A stretch of DNA of 60,785 nt, counting the filler, from Porpidia crustulata (lineage: Eukaryota): NCBI GenBank assembly GCA_964255105.1. It is 4 parts of 4 records of this genome, joined end to end, with 100 filler letters (N's around TTAATTAATTAA, not from the genome) between each part and the next. Parts side by side here need not be neighbours in the genome. Positions count along the whole stretch, not along the records: positions 1 to 15,137 come from CAXUWE010000335.1; positions 15,238 to 30,363 come from CAXUWE010000336.1; 2 more parts are not named here. One strand, 5' to 3'. The notes under the pieces were generated by a model that saw only the letters and a list, made by a program, of their open reading frames with translations, did not search any database and was not told the DNA's origin. Below are positions 12,741 through 25,725 of this stretch, piece after piece. The first letter of the stretch is position 1. Every line of letters starts with the position of its first letter. A program made the translations under genes and the position numbers.

Positions 12741-15137
12741 GATTACGATTAATATATTAATAAGGTTGGAATATAGAGAATGTGGGTGATTATGCTGAAA
12801 GCATCATCAAAGATCTGATGGAGATGAAAAAGAAAGACTGATCTAAGAATGCATTTAACGGAGAGAAACAACGGGCATTGTAGAGATTAAATAGAGTGAA
12901 CTCTTTCATGTTGATGCGCCTTGTACTAAAGAGGGTAAAAACGTTGATCAGATGGAAGGCTTTTGACACATACGCCATGACCAGTCCAGATGGCCACTAG
13001 ACCATACCTCTACTGCCCGTTGGATGAAAGAGAGGCATCTTCAAACATGCGTAGAGGACAAGATAGATTGGACGCGTGTCTCCTAAACTAGCTAGAATCG
13101 CAAATCACACGTCGAATACGACCTAGAAAGGAACAGGTTCCCGTCGCACCCGGCCAGAAGAACAGAGAGGGTGACTGGTGGCGTTCACTTCAGCTCCCAT
13201 ACGAGATGAAGGGATTCCCATAGTGGCCCAAATTGAGTCGTGACAGCCGCCCCTCAGGTGGCCTTGGGCCATATATCCTGGTTGAACGAGCGCCACCGAT
13301 GCACTGGATCAAGTCGCCGAGGGTAGGGATCAGAGCCTCGATCATTTAAGGTTAAAGTTTATTGTGATTGTCCTGTTAGACGCAGAGAAGCATTTCCCTG
13401 GGAACAATGTTGAGTCCAGCCGTATGGTCCATCGCCCATTCTGAGCATTTGAAGTCTGATATGCAAGTACGAGGCACGCGATATGCGCTGCACCATCCCT
13501 GCATAGCTTGGAGACATGGCTACCTTGAGATACGACTGAAGTCATCTTGCATGGTTTTGCATGAGATACTAGCAATGACTGGCTGCGCATCCAGTGTTGC
13601 AATTCGCGGAAAATCTTCTGGAGCTCGAAAGGAGAATAGTCATTTTAAAATTGAGTCTTTCCGGCAGTCTTTCCGTCCGGCCCCCCCTGACTATAATCAT
13701 TTCGCTCTAGCTCGGACTTGCTCGCTTCGTGGATCCTCTTCGGGCGACTCAAATTTCTGATTCTCGATCGAGACAGCAATATTTGAGGATCAAAAGATTG
13801 ATGTTAACCATTCAGAAGTACTACTAGGTATGATAATATTGAAGCCCCAAAAAGGGGATTCAACAGTTCAGTGTAGATCCACCAATCGACCACAAATGGC
13901 TGACTGCATCCCAATCATAGGTGTTCGTTCCGACCTTAGCTATCCTACCATTGATAGAAACCCGTTACTAGCGAAGTCCCCCACCCTTCTCCCTGTTATT
14001 CTGCTTTCTGTCCAGGTATCTATGTGAGTTTCTCGGTATTTGTCTTCATTCTATGTCTTTCGATCACCGTCTAAGTTGGCTTTTCTCTACTTCCCAATAA
14101 CTTCTTGACAAATAGTAAGAACTTGATGAGCGTTGGCCAAATCGAGTATCGACGTGATGATCAACAAGCAAGATAGATCAACAGTAATGCAACATTGGAT
14201 TGAAGACGTGGCCGATTGTAGAACAATTGCTTCGGAATGATATGCCAATACCATTCCTGAACATTGACCGGCGAGATATCTACTCTTACAATTACATAGC
14301 CAAGGATGGACGACCCCAATTGGGAGATCTGCGTTTCCTGAGATGGACGAGGGAGACCCTGAGCAGTCCATAGACGGCAATTGTCCCCCGCTGCGGTGCG
14401 ACAGCTGTCAATATCGCCTTAGTCCAGAGTCCCTGCGACGAGCATAGAAGACAATCGTCCTATATATTGATAACCCAAAATAACTCCATCGGTCTTCGGA
14501 CTATAACGATGCCATTTGGGTGATCTAGCGGAAGGGCTGCCCGTACAATGATCAGCTACCTACTAAGCAGTACTCGTATAAGGTAATCATCCCTCAATAG
14601 GCCAGTCTGCTAATGCAGCTAAATTCAGGGTCAAGCAATAGTCTTATGCTTAGCTGGACCGTTGAGGCCTTGGACCCATCGCCATTCTCGGGCGACTCCG
14701 AGCCGGTGTACTATCATTTATTGATGTTGAAAACCGGCCCCAGTATTGGATTCCATACGCTTGTAATGCAAAGTCGGGCCTTGGCGATACACTATTCGTG
14801 TTGAGGCTATTCATCTTTAGGTCGAAGATGATAATACCGCGCCTTCAGAAACGTCTCAATACGCTCCGAAATTTGTTACTACGTGATGCATTTGATAATC
14901 CTCGGGAGCGCACCACTCGAACGCACTTTTTGTCAGTGCGTGCAAGCACTCATTTTTCGGTGCACCACTTATTGTAACATAGATACTCGATCATTCCATT
15001 TCTATTTTCGAGTTACGCCATTAATGAACTCAGACTTTCTTATCTACCTCATCTCGTCGCCGTCATTTTCTTCCATCTTCCTCATCCTTTTCATTCCTTT
15101 CCCCTTTTCTTAACGCCACCACCCTCCCCAATTTTTC

Positions 15138-15237
15138 NNNNNNNNNNNNNNNNNNNNNNNNNNNNNNNNNNNNNNNNNNNNTTAATTAATTAANNNNNNN
15201 NNNNNNNNNNNNNNNNNNNNNNNNNNNNNNNNNNNNN
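15138..15237. other. Artificial contig spacer N44-TTAATTAATTAA-N44
   Basis: Six-frame stop linker between N runs; identical to the other two spacers. Confidence 0.98.
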
Positions 15238-17390
15238 ATGACGTATTGAAGAATGGCGGGTGTGGTTGAGGCTGGGGAGAGGGGGGATTGTAGTCTTCGC
15301 GAATTTGGCAGTGGGAAGGAGGGGCTGCTTTGGATGTGATGTGGTGTGTGATTTGAATCGTGATTTTCCGTTGAGGGTATAGAGGTCGGGTTCCATGATG
15401 GTGTCCGGCTGCTGTCCGGGTCATAGTGATAAGAAATCAAGCCGGGAGCTGACATTGGGCTCCATGGCGGTTTTCGGTTGTGGTCCGTGCCATGAGTATG
15501 TGTTGTCAAGGGCGGAGCGGATTTTGGGCTCCATTGCGTGGGTTCATCGATATCATCATCATCGTAGTATTCAAAGCGCTCGTCGTAGAGTGGAGCCGAT
15601 GTCGTGTTCAGGGACGAGCTTGCATCTAGGAATTGCGAGACATATAGGCCGAAGGGCGGCTGGTTGGCGAAAGGGTTCGATTTCGGGGCGCTAGAATGAG
15701 TGGTGGAGAGGGAAGTCGCTCCGACATTACTATAACGAGATGGTACTCTGTAGGTGGATACTCGTTTTGGTCTGCCGGCTACTTCATCCATTTGAGCGAC
15801 ATGGTCGAACATGGTTCTGTTGTAGCGATCGATTTCTTCTTGTGTGAGGGAGAAACCGGATGGCTTCCGCGGGGAGGCTGGCGGAGAAGGCCGTGCAGTG
15901 TGCTGTGACGAATAGGAGGAAGTGGGAGAAACGCGACCAGTATCTGCCCCTGTAGGCTTATACTCGAATGGGTCGTCATACAATTGGGGCTGGATCTCTG
16001 TAGAGACTTTGACGCTCTTTGTCCTAGTGTGCCCTGGGTCGTCATCTTCTCCATCGATTTCTCCTGCTCCAAGATCTTCTTCGTCGCTGAAAGGGTTAGA
16101 TGGCGAGAACATGGGATCGGAGCGCATCAGCTGTAGTATACTTTGCAGTCGTGTGGGTGCTGGCAGGCCTGCTTCAAGGACATTGACTTCATGCTGATGG
16201 TGTGGAGGAATTGGTGGAGGAACAGCGGATGTCGAGAAACTTCGCATCCGCGCTGGTGTCGATGATCCTGGACGGATCGAATCTTGATCATGGCTTGACC
16301 TTGTTATAGACGATGTTTCTGATCCAGCCTCGGGGTGGCCAGTAAAGTTTTGCTGCTTTCGCAGCACCTCGAAGTGGGGAATTGGCAGTGTGTATCGAGG
16401 ATTTGGAACAACTTTTCTTGACGCTCGAGAGGGAATTTTTGGTGCGGTGCGTTCTGGGAAGGTATTGATCCTTGACAAAGAATTATCAGTACCAGAATAC
16501 TCATCCAAGGCGTAGAGCGGCTGTGTCCTGGAGCCAAGGCCTAAGGGTTGTTCCAACCTCAACGCTGGATGTACGTCGGTAAAAGTCGGCTTGCTTGTTT
16601 GCAACTTATCCTCCCTGGCTCTCTCTTTCCCTCGCTGCTTGTCCTGAGATGTTCTAGCAGCTCCCAGTAGTATCCCCTTCTTCATCTTCCCCACAATTGA
16701 TTCGTCATTAGCAGGACCAGGAATATCGAATGGTGGTCCAAAAAGAACCCCCACAGGAATACCGTCAAGCATACACTTCCCATCTGCTGGTCTTTGTATA
16801 CCCTTCTTCTTCCAGTCCATCTCCTGGGCTGTCAATTTCAGATTCCATACCACGCTCGTCTTGTGCAACATCCACACCCCCGACTTCCCGGCTGCTCCAT
16901 CCAACTTGGCACCAAGGCCTATCCAGCCGCCCACATTCGGAGACACCTCGAAAGCTAGAACGTCAGTGTAGTCGTCAAAACAGCCTAAACACCGCCCGAA
17001 AGCCTGTCTGCTGTTCTTTAGATCTCCATACAGAAACCTCGTGATACCCAACCCATACCAGCCTACTGCATTGTCTCGATCTAGTCTCACCGCCTCTCTG
17101 AAGCCACCCTTTTCCGCAGCTTTATATTCTCCGAGAAACGCGAGTAAGAGCCCGAGATTGATCCACAGTAAGGCTATCTGGGGATGTGTGAGAAGGGGAG
17201 GATGATGCTCGATCTCATGGTGATTCTTGAGAAACCTGATCATACGTTTGTGGGCGTCTATGGAGGGCATTGAGTCTCGTGAAAGTGCCTTGATCCAGAG
17301 ATCATGAACTTCAGAAAGAGTGGCTATTTCAGTCGCATTGATTAAAGTTGAGGCCGGGGCCTGTGGGCGCTTGATTTTGCGCATCGTCAT
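15238..17390 (-). CDS. TPR protein resembling the NADPH oxidase regulator NoxR/p67phox N-terminus, with a long disordered tail; 3' end cut by the contig end
   Basis: Intronless ORF. Segments NLGLLLAFLGEYKAA...REAVRLD...AVGWYGLGITRFLYGD and GIPVGVLFGPP resemble fungal NoxR motifs as I remember them; the remainder is Ser/Pro-rich. Confidence 0.7.
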
Positions 17391-18031
17391 TGAGGACTCT
17401 TTGATTTTTGTATGTTCGATAATTCCATGGAGATAATACTGGATGTTACGGTAGCGACGAAGCTGTGTGACGAGGGGACATTCATGAGAGAGGTTTGAGG
17501 ACTTTCAGTGAATGAATTAAGACCCACACGATACCTACGCTCACAAGGCGCATCAAAGTCACCGTCAAGGTGAATTTCAGTCTCATTTTAGAAAGTACAG
17601 AAGCTTTGCACCAAGTCACAACAAGCTATGATGGTATTTTAGCCAGTTGAGGAACATGTACTTAGCTATATCATGAGGTGATGCAAGCTTTAGGTCCTCA
17701 TCATAGCCCGGAAAGACAGGAAACACAACAGCTTTCTCTTTCATCAGAAAATTTTCTCGTCCCCTTCATAACAAATGCAGATTGGCCGTAAGGCAAGCGT
17801 ATAAGGGTATCCTTGAGATGACATCGATAAATCATATCTCTAAACGCCAAATCGCTAGGAGCTGATAACCTCGCTCGAGAGTCCGTTGATGCCTGCCGTT
17901 GATGCCTGCCGTTGCTCCAATAATCCTGAAGTATAGCCCCTGTTGAATACGAAGGAGACTCTAATATGATATCAACACCATGCCGGAGGTTCAAGTCGCC
18001 AGCTAAGCTCAGTCGACCACAATTAATGTTC

Positions 18032-20012
18032 TCAACCGTCGGCCTCACCCCCATACTGACTTTCGTCTCCTACGTCCACCTCATCATCCATGTCATCATC
18101 GTCAGCACCTAATCCAGTGGCATGCATCAAACCGGTGACCTGCCTATCAGGATCACCTTCCTCGCCGTCGTGATCATCAAACATTGTACCTTCGGTGTTA
18201 TAGATCACTGAAGGCTCATTTCCGTTGAGGTAACTTCTAAGACGGTTTACACCGTCTCCCGAGAAGACGCAGAATACATTTCGTTGGTGGTCAGTAAATT
18301 CTGGGACAGATCAGTACGAACGGGATTGATAGGACGATTTCGGGGAGTTTCAGAGTCATAATACCTGGTGGTGCCTCCCGGCAAAAATTAATGAGATCTT
18401 CTCGTAGGAAGAATGCCTGAACACCAGTCAAGCTGAGATGTGTGAGCTTTGGGCATTGGTTGAGGAGCGCATGAATTCCCTGTCAAGCAATTTCAGCGTT
18501 AAGATCAGCAAGCCTAAGATCCAGTCATACCGGAAGCGTCAAATGTATACAATAGCTTAAATGTACCCTTTCTAACAGACTCACACCGAGAGCATACTTG
18601 CGGGGAGGCTCTGAACCTGCCTTTGCCAAAGCGCGTATACTTAGGTCTGTGATAGCTTGGCATTTCACGAGGCCGATCCGTCTGAGCTTGGGAAGCGTCG
18701 CAAGCTGCTTGACGCTGTTGTCGGTCAGGCGGTGACAGCATGCTAGATCGATGTACCTGATCCTATTACACATCTTGACGAGTTGAATGACTGCCATGTC
18801 GGTGATTTGCGCACAGTGACCCAGGTGGATATAATGTAGATTCTTGCCTAATTTCGTGATAGCAAGAACGGACCGATCCGTAATTTCTCTACATTTTGCG
18901 AGAACAAGATTTCGCAGACGTGGAGAAGATTCTATAATCCTTTCCACTGCATCATCGTGGAGCTGAACACAGGCCGTGAGATCGAGAATGCGAAGACTCT
19001 CGAACGTCATCTGTCTGGGCAACTCGAGAAAGGCATGATCTGTCATCAAGACACAATGAGCGATTCGAAGCTCGCGTAGTTGCCGCCCTCGGGATATCAA
19101 GGCTGTGATTGAGATGTCTGTGATTTGTCTACAGTTGTGGAGATCTATCTCCAGCATTGACGGGCAATTCTCTGCCACCGCACAAATCGATTCATCTGTC
19201 ACCAAGGCACAATTATTGAGTTTGAGCTATAGGATTGTAAGCGGAATATCTGCTAAAGCTCATCAAAAACCTACCCTCTTAAGGTAGTGGCAATTTTCCG
19301 CAACAGCAACGAGGGATTCGTCAGTGACTCTCGAGCAATCCGTAATGTTCAGACCTTGAAGTCGGGGGCAATTCTGAGATACTGCCAAAAGAGTGTGGTC
19401 TGTGACAGACTCGAGACCGGTAATGTCCAACGCAAGGAGGCTCTTACTTCCATTGACCAGGCATATGACGCCATGATCAGACAATTTGATGCAGCCAGTT
19501 AAGGTCAGCCTTTCTACCCTTTTGCATGATATAAACGACTGTACAGTTCCGTCGCTGATCTGTTCACTCAGATTTGAGAGATTTAACCTTTTGACAAGCC
19601 CATAATATGGAAAGTAGGGATTTTCCTTCCTGACTGAAGAGACAACATTAAGCAAATTTTTCCACGAATTGCATAACGGTCTGTGCCATAGGAGATCCAC
19701 ACTATTCCTTGACCAAGCCTTCGATACCAGCAAACAATTTCTCAGGTCCGCACTTGAGCTCAGCTTCGCAAATACTGAAATAAGAAGCTCAGGAGGAAGG
19801 CGGCTGATAGGGGTAATCCGGTGCTCTCGTTCCAATGACGGCGACATGGTCATGTCTCTCAGGGACGAGACCCCAATCGAGGATTGTGAGTCATTCCTCT
19901 GCGCTGTGAAGAAGTCGGTATCATCATAGACAGCTCGCTCGGGCGAACTAGAAGACGAGGAGGCTGATGTTGTTTCGCTGATATCCAGCATCGGAGGTCG
20001 TGGTCGAACCAT
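18032..20012 (-). CDS. GRR1: SCF E3 ligase F-box/LRR protein Grr1 (GrrA)
   Basis: F-box (ISRLPPELLISVFAKL), LLWHRP, many Cys-containing LRRs (CKRVERLTLTGC, LERVHLSYC), acidic C-terminus; four exons. Confidence 0.95.
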
Positions 20013-20798
20013 AGTTGACGAATATGCCTTGGAGTCTGGTAAGGTATCTCAAGGAAGTGGCTACCAGGTCGACTGAGTCTCTCAATTATGGTTGTAAAGT
20101 ATGGGAGCTTGGAGGATGTGTACTGCAGGCGCCCACGCGGAATTGTACGAAGCGCAAATTTGGTGAGTGCTAACTGTGTATCGCCAAAGGTGGACTGGTA
20201 TTTCTTTTGAACAGCGATGAAGCTGAAGGAGCGCAACAGGGGCCAGCCAGAGCTTTCCTTCGCAATTGCTTCAACGGGTTTCTCCTGGACTCAGACGCCT
20301 TTGGAAGTGTTGTCCTTAAATTCTTTTCGTCCTCCAAGGGTTTGCTGATCATAGAAATAGTGGAGCGGTTGATTTGTCAGAGTATGAAGGAATGAACGGA
20401 AATCATGGGCGCGTGCATGTGGAAGTTCCGTTCGTCGCCAGAATTTCAAGGTCATAGCACCCGTATCAGGGGCATTTGCAGTAGAGGCGTGGTTGGGAGA
20501 ATATGTCGTGCAGAAACATTTTCTCATCGAGCAGTCGAAGGGATACTTAGGATAACCGGTGCAAACGACGACGGTGCTGACCAAAGCGTTGGCACTGTTT
20601 CTGCGCCTCAATCGGCAGGCCCGTTCATGCAGGTTGCCGTAGAACAGGCTAGCGACTCACTCAGGGATCTCATCACGTGCCAAATTCAATCCCTTATTGG
20701 GTACGCTTCAGCAAATGGCAGCAAGCTACCCAATCATACGCTTGGGACATTCAGATAGACAATAATTGTGTACAGACATAGATGTAGCTAACATTGCA

Positions 20799-22708
20799 TC
20801 ATGTCACCTGGCTTCTATTGACTCCTTTTGCCCACTCTCGCAAGACATTCTTCTTCAGCTTGCCCGTGCTCGTTTTGGGTAGTTCTGAGATTATCTCTAC
20901 CTCTCTTGGGACCATGAATCTACTTATACCTTTATGATTTTTGGCCCATTCAATGACGTCTTTACCATCCAAGACTTTGCCGGCTTGCACCGTCAAGAAT
21001 GCTTTGGGTCTTTCCCCCCAATGCGAGTCAGCTATGGCAACCACCGCGGCCTCCAGGATATCGGGATGCGCAGCAAGCATGGATTCTAATGCAACTGATG
21101 AAATATTCTCTCCTCCTAAGTTCATTAATTAGTAAGAGAGAGGCTTTCTTCAGTCAAGTCGAAGGTAGCGTACCGCTTATAATGATATCTTTTGCTCTGT
21201 CCAGGATCTGTGCAGACCCGTCCTCATGCCACACGGCCAAATCACCAGTATGAAGGACATTCCCGGAAAACAGCTTTTGGGTGGCTTCAGGATCCTTGTA
21301 ATATCCTTTTGCGCAGATGTTGCCTAAGCAAACGATCTCTCCTATTTCTTTGCCGTCTTTCCTAACGTCGACAATTGTGCCTTCAGCGACATCGGTCTTG
21401 ATCACGCGAATCGGCAAGCTCGTCACAAACCCATGACCTTGCCGAGCCATCTTCTGATATTTCTGTTCTGTTGAAAGTTGCTCCCATGAGGGTATGTGAT
21501 AGCCTTTGGTGATAGGACCATAAGTCTCAGTCAACCCATAGACGTGGACAGGCTGGAGATTCAAGTTTGTCATCTGCTCGAACAAGTGGGCCGTAGGGGG
21601 GCTAGCAGCAACAGTCACACGAACAGGTTCAGGAAGGCGTATAGCTTCCTTAGCAGCGCAAAGGAGTGTATTGACAGTAGGCGCCGCGTTGTAGTGAGTG
21701 ATATGCTCCTCCCGCAACAATCTCCAGATTTCAGGATAATCGATCTTGCGTAGGCAGTAATGCGTTCCTCTGACAGCGGTGACTGCCCATGGGAAAGTCC
21801 AGCCCATCGCATGGAACATCGGCAGAGTCCATAAATACCGGCACCTCCCTACATGGTAATTCAAGCCAGTCTCAATGATATTACCCAGGGCGGCAAGATA
21901 AGAGCCTCGATGCGTGAACTCAACTCCTTTGGGTCTGGCAGTAGTTCCGCTCGTATATGCCAAAGCAATGATATCCTCTTCGTTCCCTACTTGCACCTCA
22001 AGCGCTCCCCATCCCCTTCCACCTCGTTCCGCGTCGTATTTCAAGCCTTCCAGTACAGCTTCATCAAATTGGCCACTTAATTCGCCTTCTGAAGCATCGG
22101 TGTCATCATCCACTATAAAGGGAATTCTTGCATTCGCTTGTCGGTAGTCATCAAGTAGTGGGATAAATTCAGCGTCAACGATTACAGCATCGACGTCAGC
22201 GTGTGAGAATATGTAGGCAATATCCTCGTGCTTCAGACGGTAATTGACTCCTTAGGGCCGATAATCATCAATGATTGCTCGTCCGTTACGCAGTCAAACG
22301 CGAGCATACCGACATTGACTGCTCCAGCCGCAGCAATCCCATAGATCGACTCCAGGAATGCCGGAGTATTTGGGCACAGGATACCCACTCTTTTGAAGCC
22401 ATGCTTCTTGATGTAGTATGCCAGCCCTCTGGCTCGGTCTGCTGTTTCTTGGTACGATCGTCGCAAAACCTTGCCGTTGGCGGTGACATGATAGATGGCT
22501 TCGGCCTACATCATCTATCAGCAAAGCCATTCTCATCTATCGGCCCGTTGCTTACGTCTGGTTCTATCGCAGCGGCTCGAGGTAGGAAGGATGTAGGAGA
22601 GAGGGTGTGAAAGTTATTGGGATGCTGGTGTTGATGATTTTGAGGAAGAGTAGATGATGGAAGAAGATGCGCCGCTAGCCTCGAAAGTCGAGACTGAGGG
22701 CCTGACAT
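20799..22708 (-). CDS. AMP-binding acyl-CoA synthetase (AAE-like, short/medium chain) with PTS2
   Basis: Motifs YTSGTTARPKGV, YGLTETYGP, HTGDLA, DRAKDIIISGGENISS and LPKTSTGK; N-terminal RLSRLAAHL. Confidence 0.93.
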
Positions 22709-23180
22709 TCTGATGATATCTGCTGAAATATGATAGGAAGAAAGAGAAGATCCTAGGTTTTGTAAGTGTGGGGTCACGCTACATTTTGCAGGTGGCGCGC
22801 TTCGCCGATAGGTTCTGCGTAGCTTATCGAGGCCTTGAAATGTTTGATTAACAACCATGGTGATGATAGTTTAGAAGCTGAAGTTGCTTCTCCGCATTGT
22901 TTGAGAGGTCTCATGGGGTTTGGCAAACAATAGTCCGGTCTATGGCATGGGAAAGTAGGTTAATATTCTTCATTGATCACATATTGCTCGGAAACTACGC
23001 ATGCTAGTCACAGCAACAGAGATCCTCCTGAGACGAAGTATCGTAATCCATAGGCTCCGAGCCGAAGATAGATTTTCGACTTGTAATCGGATGTCCCTCG
23101 ACAAACTAAATACTTTCAGAACCCATCGGGAAATTTCCATGCCTGATCTAACCCTCAAAATACCTGTAATGGTAGCTGGG

Positions 23181-24111
23181 CTAGTAGCCGTACTCTGCGA
23201 GCTGCGATTTGGTCTTTCCGTCAACATTGGCGTTCTTCTTTGCGTCGGATAGTTGTCTCTTCGCCGCCTTTTTTCGCTCATAGTATGCAGCTCCCTTGAC
23301 CTTTCTCCGCTCTTCCAATCTGTGATCAAGGTAAGCTTCGTGAAAAGATTTACAGTATATTTCTGGCTTTAGAGAGGCCACCAACCTCGCAACCACATCT
23401 TGGTACTTCCACCCAACCTCATGACTTAATCTTCCAACTGTACAATATTTTCTCCCAGGCTTTAACCTCAACACCCTCAGCGCCTGTGGGACTACCATCC
23501 TCTTCGTCTTGTCATATGGAGGTGGGACACCTTCGAAAACCTTAAGACGCTCCATCGCAGCAGCACCGCGAGCGGTCTTGTGAGGGATCATGCCACGAAC
23601 AGTCTTGTAGAAGATACGGGATGGGGCGCGGAAATGGAAGGGACCTAAAGACATTGGATCAGTTGTTGATATTGTAGGCAGCACTGCCTTTTTGGGTGTT
23701 TTTTGACTTACCTCCTCGAGTAGGGTTGTAGCGGGTCATTTTACGGAGATAAGCAAGGTACTTTACTGGTGATCCGCGAGTTGTCAGCCTTCTCAACTGA
23801 TGCTGTTGTCCTTCATCTGCTCATATGTACAGTTTCAAGGTCTTTGCTGCCCACAATCGCCCGTCGTCCAGTCTTGAAATCAACATACGTTTTGCGCGGA
23901 AGAATTCGCCAGATATATTGAGGGCTTCACAGCGGACCACCACAATTTTTTGACCATTGAGTAACTGCTTGGCCACAGTGCTGGCAAGCCGACCCAAAAG
24001 ATGTCCTTTACCGTCGATAACGACCTGTAGATCAAGGCGCGCTGGTTAGTCATTTGGTCTGCACCCAGTCAAAGTTAATGCTAGACTTACGACAGCGTCA
24101 AACGTCGACAT
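23181..24111 (-). CDS. RPL16: 60S ribosomal protein uL13 (yeast L16), multi-exon
   Basis: [72 protein letters not shown]. Confidence 0.97.
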
Positions 24112-24310
24112 TCTGGCCGTTAGATTTCAAATGAGGCGCTGCTTCTGAAGGGAAGAGTTGGAGCCGGTGTTGCCCATCAAGTATTAGAGTAATCGCGAAG
24201 AGTTGATGCTGGGTTTGATGTGAGGGTTAGACGAATGTGCGCTGAGCTAGACCCTATTGACTTAGGTCCAAAGACACTAACTTATTAACCCAAAACTACC
24301 TCCCACCGTG

Positions 24311-24567
24311 GCATGTGCCAAACAAAAAATTCCATACCGCAAATATCGATTCCCCACTCACATCATCAAATTTACTACTGCATCTGTAGAACATATCATC
24401 TGACCGCTGTGAAATTCAGTGATGATGAACGCAATAAACAACATTAAAGCGACACGCTGTCAGATCACATAGATTCATCGAAAAATCTTCTTGAAATAAT
24501 CACTAAATCTGGTCTGTATTGATGGAAGTCGAGTTTTGCGGTATGGATTTTTTTGCCTGGCACGTGC
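24311..24567. mobile_element. MITE family A, copy 1 (~257 bp, imperfect TIRs)
   Basis: Ends GCATGTGCCA..TCCATACCGC and GCGGTATGGA..TGCCTGGCACGTGC are inverted repeats; the interior matches the reverse complement of 25479-25725. Confidence 0.85.
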
Positions 24568-24804
24568 CACCCTTGCCACCCTTCCTATTCGATCGTCACA
24601 GCAGTCTCAAGAACATTCAAATTGATTTACAGAATTACTTGACACACTCTTGAAAAGAATTGTGCTCGCAGTCCAAACTATCAAGACTCGGAAACTGTTA
24701 TTAGGATCCAAAGCTGGTTGAAGCACTGAAATGAAATCTAGCTAATCACCTAATAACTGCTCACTACACCCTTTTGTTGATACTACGACGATATAGAAAG
24801 ATAC

Positions 24805-25392
24805 CTAGAGTATCCAGATATCATTCCACGTACACGGCTCAACCATGGAGGATCGCCCTCCTACGATATCGTAATCAGGACTCTTCTCCCAGGTCGCCAT
24901 TAATTCGTATTTACTCAAACCACAGTCCTTGAATACTGTCAAAATCCAACCACTTAAGCACATAGCTTTAGCATAATCTGCGAAGTCGGCACGAGGACCA
25001 ATCCAAATTATTAGCTCAACCGTCTGAGATCCGTAAGACTGAGTATATCGTCTTAGGAGGTTCACTTCTCGTGGATAAACGAAGAGCCAAACTTGTGCAT
25101 CTGCAGCTAATGGACAAACACTCCAAGTTCCGAGGAGTGTACATAGATCGTTCTCCAGCATGTACTTGTTGATTGTATGGGAGACCTCTATAGCTTTGAT
25201 AGACAGCGTGGGACGTTTGTGTAGGAGAATAGCCTCCAGTAACCCTGTACCACTGCCTATAGAAATAATAGAACAGAACGTGGGCGTCATTGGTATCTGA
25301 TTCACAAGCGTGTTGACCAGTCGGATTGAAAGGGAGCAGCAACAATCGGGATGATGATTTGGTGCAGACGTTAGTTCAGGAAGCGTATTCAT
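24805..25392 (-). CDS. Hypothetical protein with class I SAM-methyltransferase-like motif
   Basis: Intronless 195-aa ORF with IISIGSGTGLLE (GxGxG), AIEV, WLFVYPR and IWIGPRAD. Confidence 0.75.
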   Translation of the reverse strand: MNTLPELTSAPNHHPDCCCSLSIRLVNTLVNQIPMTPTFCSIISIGSGTGLLEAILLHKRPTLSIKAIEVSHTINKYMLENDLCTLLGTWSVCPLAADAQVWLFVYPREVNLLRRYTQSYGSQTVELIIWIGPRADFADYAKAMCLSGWILTVFKDCGLSKYELMATWEKSPDYDIVGGRSSMVEPCTWNDIWIL

Positions 25393-25478
25393 GTTGATCC
25401 GATTTCATCACAGAGTGTCCATACACCCGAGAAAACATATTGCAAGGTGAAAATAGGTAATAGTAATAGAATACCTTA

Positions 25479-25725
25479 GCACGTGCCAGGCAAATAAAAC
25501 AATCCAGACCGCGACTTTCATCAATACAAATCAGTTTTTGATTGTTTCAAGAAGATTTTTCGATGTATCTATGTGATCTGACAGCGTGTTGTTTCAATCT
25601 TACATTTGACGTTCATCATTACTTGACTTTGTAGCGTTCAGATGATGTGCTCTACAGATGCAATAATGATGTGGGCGGAAGATCAATATTTGCGGTATGG
25701 ATTACCTAATCTGCCTGGCACGTGC
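25479..25725. mobile_element. MITE family A, copy 2 (~247 bp), Tourist/PIF-Harbinger-like, TTA target-site duplication
   Basis: Perfect 14-bp TIR GCACGTGCCAGGCA / TGCCTGGCACGTGC, flanked by TTA at 25476-25478 and 25726-25728; AT-rich non-coding interior. Confidence 0.9.

Noticed and set aside
15182..15193. TTAATTAATTAA palindrome recurring every ~15.2 kb
   Set aside because: Synthetic linker inside N runs, not biological periodicity.
23320..23390. In-frame insertion in the RPL16 ORF translation (similar ones in the oxidase, PNO1 and vezatin ORFs)
   Set aside because: Ordinary stop-free introns with length divisible by three, not inteins or novel domains.
24420..24470. C-box-like ATGATGA near RPL16 suggesting a C/D snoRNA
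   Set aside because: It lies inside the MITE, with no suitably placed D box or terminal stem; RPL16 introns also lack C/D boxes.
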